DNA of 33,828 bases from Myxococcales bacterium (lineage in GTDB: Bacteria > Myxococcota > Myxococcia > Myxococcales > Anaeromyxobacteraceae). This document shows, piece by piece, positions 28,518 through 33,828 of the stretch (positions within the stretch are counted from its first letter, which is position 1; each line of letters begins with the position of its first letter). Where the stretch lies: NCBI GenBank assembly GCA_038320275.1, contig JBBQEB010000021.1, positions 1 through 33,828 on the forward strand. Direction: 5' to 3'. The translations under genes were made by a program, and so were the position numbers. The notes below the pieces were generated by a model, which was not told the origin of the DNA, did not search any database, and saw nothing but the letters and a program-made list of their open reading frames with translations.

Positions 28518-29491
28518 ACGACCTCCTGCTCGATGCGGCCGAAGACGCTCCGGCCATGGGGGTCCAGCATCTCGATCGCCACCCGTGCGCCGCGGCGCAG
28601 GTAGGGCGTCCTCGGTCTCGCGCCCGGCCCGCCGTCGAGGATCTCGAGGGTGCGCCGCTCTGCGAGGCAGGAGACGCCGCGCGCCCGGTCGGCGTTCGAC
28701 ACCGTGCCGGAGCCCAGGATGGTCCCCGCGGTGAACCCGCGCGTGCGCGCCAGGTGCTGCAGGAGCTGGAAGAACGAGAAGTGCATCTCGCCGGCGTCGG
28801 GGTCCCCCACCAGCGCGCCGTCGAGCTCCACCCGGAGGCGCAGGTGCACGCGGCCGCCGCGCCACGCTTCTCCCAGCTCGTCGGGGGTAGCCGCGAAGGG
28901 CGAGAACGCGGTGGCGGGCTTCGACTGGAAGAAGCCGAAGCCCTTGGCGAGCTCGCCAGGCACGAGCTCGCGGAAGGTCACGTCGTTGGCGAGGAGGAGC
29001 AGGCGCACGTGCTCGGCGGCGTGCTCCGTGCGGACGCCCTGGGGAACGTCGCCGAGCACCGCGCAGACCTCCCCCTCGAAATCGAGCCCGAAGGTCTCGT
29101 CGAGGAGCGGGATCGGGTCGGTGGGACCGAGCAGCACCCCGGAGCCACCCTGGTACACGAGTGGGTCGGTCTCGAGGGTGGGCGGAGGCTCCGCGCCCCG
29201 GGCCCTGCGCACGAGCCGCACGTGGTTCAGGAAGGCGGATCCGTCCACCCACTCGTAGGCGCGCGGCAGGGGCGCGTGCAGCTCCGCCGGAACGACCGGA
29301 CGGGACGGCGCGGCGCCGCGATCGAGCTCGGCGGCGAGCGCGCGCAGTCCCGGCTCGCAGCGCTCCCAGCCGTCGAGCGCGGCTTGCAGCGTGCGCGCCA
29401 CGGTGCCCGCGGGGGCGAGCCGCGCCCCGTCGCTCGCCACCACGGCGAGGAGCCCGTCTCGCGTGCCGTCGCGGAGTGTGGCGAGCCGCAT
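28514..29491 (-). CDS. fahA: Fumarylacetoacetate hydrolase family protein
   Basis: RBS AGGAG; MRLATLRDGTRDG, DGSAFLNH, DFEGE, ND, QSKP and GSGTVSN; first gene of the operon. Confidence 0.9.
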   Translation of the reverse strand: MRLATLRDGTRDGLLAVVASDGARLAPAGTVARTLQAALDGWERCEPGLRALAAELDRGAAPSRPVVPAELHAPLPRAYEWVDGSAFLNHVRLVRRARGAEPPPTLETDPLVYQGGSGVLLGPTDPIPLLDETFGLDFEGEVCAVLGDVPQGVRTEHAAEHVRLLLLANDVTFRELVPGELAKGFGFFQSKPATAFSPFAATPDELGEAWRGGRVHLRLRVELDGALVGDPDAGEMHFSFFQLLQHLARTRGFTAGTILGSGTVSNADRARGVSCLAERRTLEILDGGPGARPRTPYLRRGARVAIEMLDPHGRSVFGRIEQEVV

Positions 29492-29669
29492 CGTGAAGCT
29501 CCTAATCCGGCCCCCCGCGCGGTGCCGGGCCTCCGCGCCTGCACCCGGGCTGCTCCCCTGCAGAGGGGGGGGCCCGCGCGGCGAAGCGGACGGTTCGGCC
29601 TCCCTCGCGCGCAGACCTGCACCCGTGGGCACCTTGCAAGCTCCGGCCGCGGTGCGCAACCCATGGAGC

Positions 29670-30680
29670 GTGACGCTGCTCATCGAGCTCCAGCGCAAGG
29701 GATATCGCCGCCTCGGCACGCCCAAGGCGGGGTTCAGCTACGTGGCGCCCGACGGCAGGGCGCTGCGGAACGGCGAGCTCGAGCGCATCCAGGGGCTGAA
29801 GCTCCCCCCCGCCTGGTCGGACGTCTTCGTGGCGCCCCGGGCCAAGGTGAAGCTGCAGGCCATCGGCAAGGACAAGGCGGGGAGGTGGCAGTACCGCTAC
29901 CACCCGCACTTCCGTCAGCGGCAGGAGAACGCCAAGTACCGGCGCCTGCTCCGCTTCGCCGAGGCGCTGCCCAAGCTGCGCGCGGCGGTCGACCGCGACC
30001 TCCGCAGGCCCGGGCTCCCGCGCGACAAGGTGCTCGCGCTCGCGGTGCACGTCCTCGCCACCTGCTTCATGCGCGCCGGCTCGCAGGTGTACGCGGACAA
30101 GAACAAGAGCTACGGCATCGCCACCGTGAAGGCGCGGCACGTGAAGGTGGAGGGCGACCTCGTCCGCTTCGACTATCCAGGCAAGTCGGGGCAGCGGCAG
30201 GTGCGCCAGCTCCGCGACCGCCGGGTGGCGAGGCTGGTGAAGCACCTCCTCGCCGTGCGTGGCCCGGACCTCCTCAAGTTCGTCGAGGAGGGCGGCGCCA
30301 TCGTCGATGTCCGGCGGCGCCACATCAACGAGTACATCCGGCGGGTGGCAGGCGGCCCGTTCACCGCCAAGGACTTCCGCACCTGGGCCGGCACGCTCAT
30401 CTGCGCCTGCGAGCTGGCCCGCCACCACGCGTCGGCCGTGCCCGGGCGGACCGATCGCAAGAAGCTGGTGGTCGCCGCGGTGAAGGCGACCGCCGCCCGG
30501 CTCGGCAACACCCCCGCGGTCTGCCGCTCGTCGTACATCGTCCCGGCCATCGTGGACGGCTTCTCGCGCGGCAGGGTCATCGACACCTACTTCGAGGCGG
30601 TGGAGGAGCTGGCGCGCCAGCGGGGACTCCACGGCGCCGAGCGGGCCTTGCTCGAGCTCCTCGCGAGCGGCGGCCGTTGA
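29670..30680 (+). CDS. Bacterial DNA topoisomerase IB (start approximate)
   Basis: LPPAWSDV, LQAIGKD..GRWQYRYH, MRAG, SYGIAT, GKSG, FTAKDFRTW and LGNTPAVCRSSYI containing the catalytic Tyr. Confidence 0.92.
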   Translation: MTLLIELQRKGYRRLGTPKAGFSYVAPDGRALRNGELERIQGLKLPPAWSDVFVAPRAKVKLQAIGKDKAGRWQYRYHPHFRQRQENAKYRRLLRFAEALPKLRAAVDRDLRRPGLPRDKVLALAVHVLATCFMRAGSQVYADKNKSYGIATVKARHVKVEGDLVRFDYPGKSGQRQVRQLRDRRVARLVKHLLAVRGPDLLKFVEEGGAIVDVRRRHINEYIRRVAGGPFTAKDFRTWAGTLICACELARHHASAVPGRTDRKKLVVAAVKATAARLGNTPAVCRSSYIVPAIVDGFSRGRVIDTYFEAVEELARQRGLHGAERALLELLASGGR

Positions 30681-30757
30681 GCGCCTGGATACACAGGCCC
30701 TGACCGCGCGTTTCTGGTAGCGTCGGCGCCTCCATCCACCCCGTCGCGAGGTCCCCG

Positions 30758-31273
30758 ATGTCGCGCTACCAGGACGTGACGAAGGCGTTCGCCGCCGCCA
30801 AGAAGCGGTTCGACGGGTACTACTCGCAGTCGGCCTACTTCGCCGGCGCCTTCTCGCGCGCGCTGCTCGAACAGTCTGGCTGGCCGCGCGAGCTGGTGGC
30901 CTGGGAGCGGCCGGGTCACGGGCCGGTCGCGCATGTCGAGGACGCGCTCGTGCTCGACGCCGACACCTTCTGGCACCTCGGGCTCCACCTCCGGATCCAG
31001 GAGGCCGGCGGCCCCGGCGACAACGTGCGCGTGCTCATCCGCTTCAAGCGCTCCGGCACGGGCTACATCATGGAGCTCTTCCATGGCGTGGAGCTCGACG
31101 TGCAGGAGCCCACGCCCGAGGGCTTCCGGTCGGTGGTGGCCGCGCTGATGGAGGAGATCGCCTCGTTCTACGACCGTGGGCTCGACCTGTTCCTGGACGG
31201 GCGCGCCTCGAAGCTGCGGCTGCCCTTCAAGCCGCCCGTCCCGCGCCCGGTGCCGGCCGGCCCGAAGGAGTGA
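30758..31273 (+). CDS. Hypothetical protein, 171 aa
   Basis: Good codon bias and RBS-like GAGG; no family recognised. Confidence 0.78.
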   Translation: MSRYQDVTKAFAAAKKRFDGYYSQSAYFAGAFSRALLEQSGWPRELVAWERPGHGPVAHVEDALVLDADTFWHLGLHLRIQEAGGPGDNVRVLIRFKRSGTGYIMELFHGVELDVQEPTPEGFRSVVAALMEEIASFYDRGLDLFLDGRASKLRLPFKPPVPRPVPAGPKE

Positions 31274-32210
31274 CCTCGCGACCGCGCGCGCTCTCGGCCC
31301 GGAGCGCGTCGGCGGTGTAGAGCGCGAGCGAGGCCCAGATGAGGCCGAACGCCACCGCGTGCGCTGCGGTGAAGGGCTCCCGGTAAAGGGCTACCGCCAG
31401 CGCGAACTGTCCCGTGGGGGTGACGTACTGGAGGAGCCCCATGGTGGCGAGCCGCAGCGAACGAACGCCCACCGCGAAGAGGATGAGGGGCACGGCGGTG
31501 AGGATGCCGACGCCCACCAGGAGGGCGCTGGTGCGCGCGTCGCCCCCGAAGGCTCCCGCGCCCCGCACGCCGAGGATCACCAGGTAGCCCGCCGCCAGCG
31601 GTGCGAGCAGCGCCGTCTCCACCAGGAGCCCCACCACCGGGTCGATTGCGGCGCGCTTCCGGACGAGCCCGTACAGCCCGAAGCTCGCCGCGAGGAGGAG
31701 CGAGATCCAGGGGAGCGCGCCCAGCCTCGCCACCAGAGCGACCACCCCTAGCGCCGCCAGGAAGACCGCGAGCCACTGCGCGCGCCGGAGCCGCTCGCCC
31801 AGGAGCGCGAAGCCCAGGAGAACGTTCACGAGCGGCGTGATGAAGTAGCCGAGGCTCGACTCCAGCACCCGCCCGGCGTGCACCGCCCAGATGAACACCC
31901 CCCAGTTCACCGAGATGAGCGCGGTCGAGGCGAGATACGGGGCGAGCCGCCGGAGCGTGAGCGCACCTCGAAACGCGCCCCATCTGCGCTGCACCGTCAC
32001 GAGTCCCACCAGGAAGGCCATGGACCAGACCACCCGGTGGGCGAGGATCTGAAGCGGCCCCACCGCTCCCAGCGCCTTGAAGTAGACCGGGAAGAGAGCC
32101 CAGGCGAGGTAGGCCGAGAGCGCGCAGGCGAGCCCCACGCGCCGTGCCCGGAGGTCGGGCGGAGGCACGGGGGAGGTCGCCTCGCCGAGAGCGCCTGCGG
32201 ATCGCTTCAC
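31227..32210 (-). CDS. rarD: EamA-family transporter RarD
   Basis: AYLAWALFPVYFK, ILAHRVVWS, NWGVFIWAV, SLGYFITPLVNV and GLLQYVTP. Confidence 0.92.
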   Translation of the reverse strand: MKRSAGALGEATSPVPPPDLRARRVGLACALSAYLAWALFPVYFKALGAVGPLQILAHRVVWSMAFLVGLVTVQRRWGAFRGALTLRRLAPYLASTALISVNWGVFIWAVHAGRVLESSLGYFITPLVNVLLGFALLGERLRRAQWLAVFLAALGVVALVARLGALPWISLLLAASFGLYGLVRKRAAIDPVVGLLVETALLAPLAAGYLVILGVRGAGAFGGDARTSALLVGVGILTAVPLILFAVGVRSLRLATMGLLQYVTPTGQFALAVALYREPFTAAHAVAFGLIWASLALYTADALRAESARGREVTPSGRPAPGAGRAA

Positions 32211-32260
32211 GCGGCGCTTCTACCCTGGCCGGGCGCCATGCGCCCCGGTACATCACGACG

Positions 32261-32449
32261 ATGGCGGAGAAGCGCGGTGGGTTCGTGCCCGGGAGCGACG
32301 CCATCCGGAACGCGATGCGCTGGCTCGCCGAGCGCCGGGGGCACGACCCCGCGGCGCCTCGCTCGAAGCTGATCGAGGAGGCGGCCGCTCGCTTCGACCT
32401 CTCCCCGATCGACGTGGAGTTTCTCATGACGTCCTGGCGGGAGGGCTGA
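32261..32449 (+). CDS. Small hypothetical helical protein, 62 aa
   Basis: MAEKRGG...AIRNAMRWLAE...KLIEEAAARFDLSPIDVEFL; TACATC 6 nt before the ATG. Confidence 0.72.
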   Translation: MAEKRGGFVPGSDAIRNAMRWLAERRGHDPAAPRSKLIEEAAARFDLSPIDVEFLMTSWREG

Positions 32450-32535
32450 AGACCTCCCCCGCCGGCGGTGCCCGCCCCGCCGGAGAGACGCGAGACCCTT
32501 CCCACGGCCGCTCAATCTGGTAGAACCTCGGCCCC

Positions 32536-33522
32536 ATGGCCGACCTCTCCACAAGCTACCTCGGGCTGAAGCTCTCCTCCCCCCTCATCCTCGCCAGCTC
32601 GTCGCTCTCGAATCGCATCGAGAACCTCCAGCTCGCGGAGGAGCACGGCGCCGGCGCGGTGGTGCTCCGCTCGCTCTTCGAGGAGCAGATCGAGGCCGAG
32701 AACACGAAGCTCGAGGAGGCGCTCTCCTACGGCGCGCACGAGACCGCGGAGGCGACCCGCAGCTTCTTCCCGTCGCAGCGCATCGGGCCGGTGGAGTACC
32801 TGCAGCTCGTCACGCGCTCAAAGCGTGCGCTCGCGATCCCGGTCATCGCGAGCCTCAACTGCGTCGCTCCCGGAAGCTGGAGCGAGTACGCGAAGCAGAT
32901 CGCCGAGACGGGCGCCGACGCGCTCGAGGTCAACATGTACGCCGTACAGGCAGACCCCGGCGTCACCGCGCAGCAGGTGGAGGCCCAGTACGAGGAGGTC
33001 ATCGCCTCGATCGTGGAGACGGTGAAGATCCCGGTCGCGGTGAAGCTGTCACCGTTCTTCACGGCTCTCGCCAACGTGGTGCACCGCCTGGAGGCGCGGG
33101 GAGCGAAGGGCGTCGTCCTGTTCAACCGCTTCCTGCAGCCGGACATCTCCCTCGAGCGCATGACGCTGCAGAACGTGATGCCGCTCAGCCACCCGATGGA
33201 GGGCCTGCTGCCGCTGCGCTGGATCGCGCTCCTCTACGGGCGCACCCAGATGGACATCGCCGCCACCACCGGCGTCGTCGACCTGGCTGGCGTGTGCAAG
33301 GTGCTGCTCGCCGGCGCCACGGTGGTCCAGCTCGCCTCCGCGCTCATCAAGAACGGCGTCCCGTTCCTGGGTACGCTGCGGGACGGCCTCGACGAGTGGA
33401 TGGACAAGCGCGGTTTCTCCGACCTGTCCGACGTGCGCGGCACGCTCTCGCAGCGCGTGATCCGCGACCCGGGAGCCTTCGAGCGCGCCCAGTACGTGCA
33501 CCTCATCCTGTCGCAGAACTGA
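32536..33522 (+). CDS. Dihydroorotate dehydrogenase-like FMN protein
   Basis: DLSTSYLGLKL, SLFEEQI, PVIASLN, PVAVKLSPFF and LFNRF. The active-site region reads LEVNMY. Confidence 0.88.
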   Translation: MADLSTSYLGLKLSSPLILASSSLSNRIENLQLAEEHGAGAVVLRSLFEEQIEAENTKLEEALSYGAHETAEATRSFFPSQRIGPVEYLQLVTRSKRALAIPVIASLNCVAPGSWSEYAKQIAETGADALEVNMYAVQADPGVTAQQVEAQYEEVIASIVETVKIPVAVKLSPFFTALANVVHRLEARGAKGVVLFNRFLQPDISLERMTLQNVMPLSHPMEGLLPLRWIALLYGRTQMDIAATTGVVDLAGVCKVLLAGATVVQLASALIKNGVPFLGTLRDGLDEWMDKRGFSDLSDVRGTLSQRVIRDPGAFERAQYVHLILSQN

Positions 33523-33828
33523 CAGGCGCCGCGCGAACCGCCGGCGCCGCGCCGAGGAGCTGCTCGATGCGGTGCCGCCGGTGGTCGAAGATGGTCCGAA
33601 GCTGCCGCCGCACGAAGAGCCGGTGCGCAAGTTCACCCAGCCGGCCGAACGGCAGGGCGTACTCCACCGTGTCGAACACGTCCGTGCCTCCGGGCGCGCT
33701 CGCGAACGAATGGGTGTGGCGCCACAGCTGGTAGGGCCCTGAGAGCTGGACGTCGACGAACCTCCGCCCCGGCTCCCAGGCCTCGATCCGCGTCTGCCAG
33801 CGCATCGGCAGCCCGTGGAGGTGGATGC
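33503..33828 (-). CDS. SRPBCC-family protein, C-terminal part (truncated by the window edge)
   Basis: LHGLPMRWQTRIEAWEP..RFVDVQ..GPY..WRHTH...D.VEYALPFG...LRTIFDHR. Confidence 0.85.
   Translation of the reverse strand, partial: IHLHGLPMRWQTRIEAWEPGRRFVDVQLSGPYQLWRHTHSFASAPGGTDVFDTVEYALPFGRLGELAHRLFVRRQLRTIFDHRRHRIEQLLGAAPAVRAAPVSSATG

Noticed and set aside
29492..29669. Possible riboswitch or tRNA in the fahA-TopIB divergent gap
   Set aside because: Only short GC stems; no cloverleaf or recognisable aptamer motif.
32536..33522. pyrD gene symbol
   Set aside because: The catalytic loop is missing and there are no pyr genes nearby.

Overview
High-GC bacterial DNA (roughly 70% by eye). Gene content and codon style suggest an Anaeromyxobacter/Myxococcota-like organism (inference). 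Left to right: (1) the 3' end of a probable IS1634-like transposase and its terminus, which overlaps the stop codon of a frameshifted MDR-family (quinone oxidoreductase-like) gene; (2) an SDR and an NADPH-dependent FMN reductase; (3) a tightly packed 12 kb minus-strand cluster of class I fumarase, ACS-type MFS, YdiJ-like FAD/Fe-S 2-hydroxyacid dehydrogenase, LarA-domain protein, D-2-hydroxyacid dehydrogenase, SDR, RraA/HMG-aldolase-like protein, DHDPS-family lyase and a mandelate-racemase-subgroup enolase, the best candidate for an undescribed organic/sugar-acid catabolic pathway; (4) a GAF-containing hybrid histidine kinase coupled to an MFS gene; (5) a miniature catalase-fold protein; (6) a vapBC toxin-antitoxin pair with a clear promoter/operator; (7) HupE/UreJ-type, esterase, membrane 4Fe-4S and MFS genes; (8) a homogentisate operon (fahA-maiA-hppD-hmgA); (9) DNA topoisomerase IB, rarD, a DHODH-like protein and a truncated SRPBCC gene. 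Several genes appear to use leaderless mRNAs. No rRNA, tRNA or CRISPR array was seen. All family calls come from motif recognition, not database searches.
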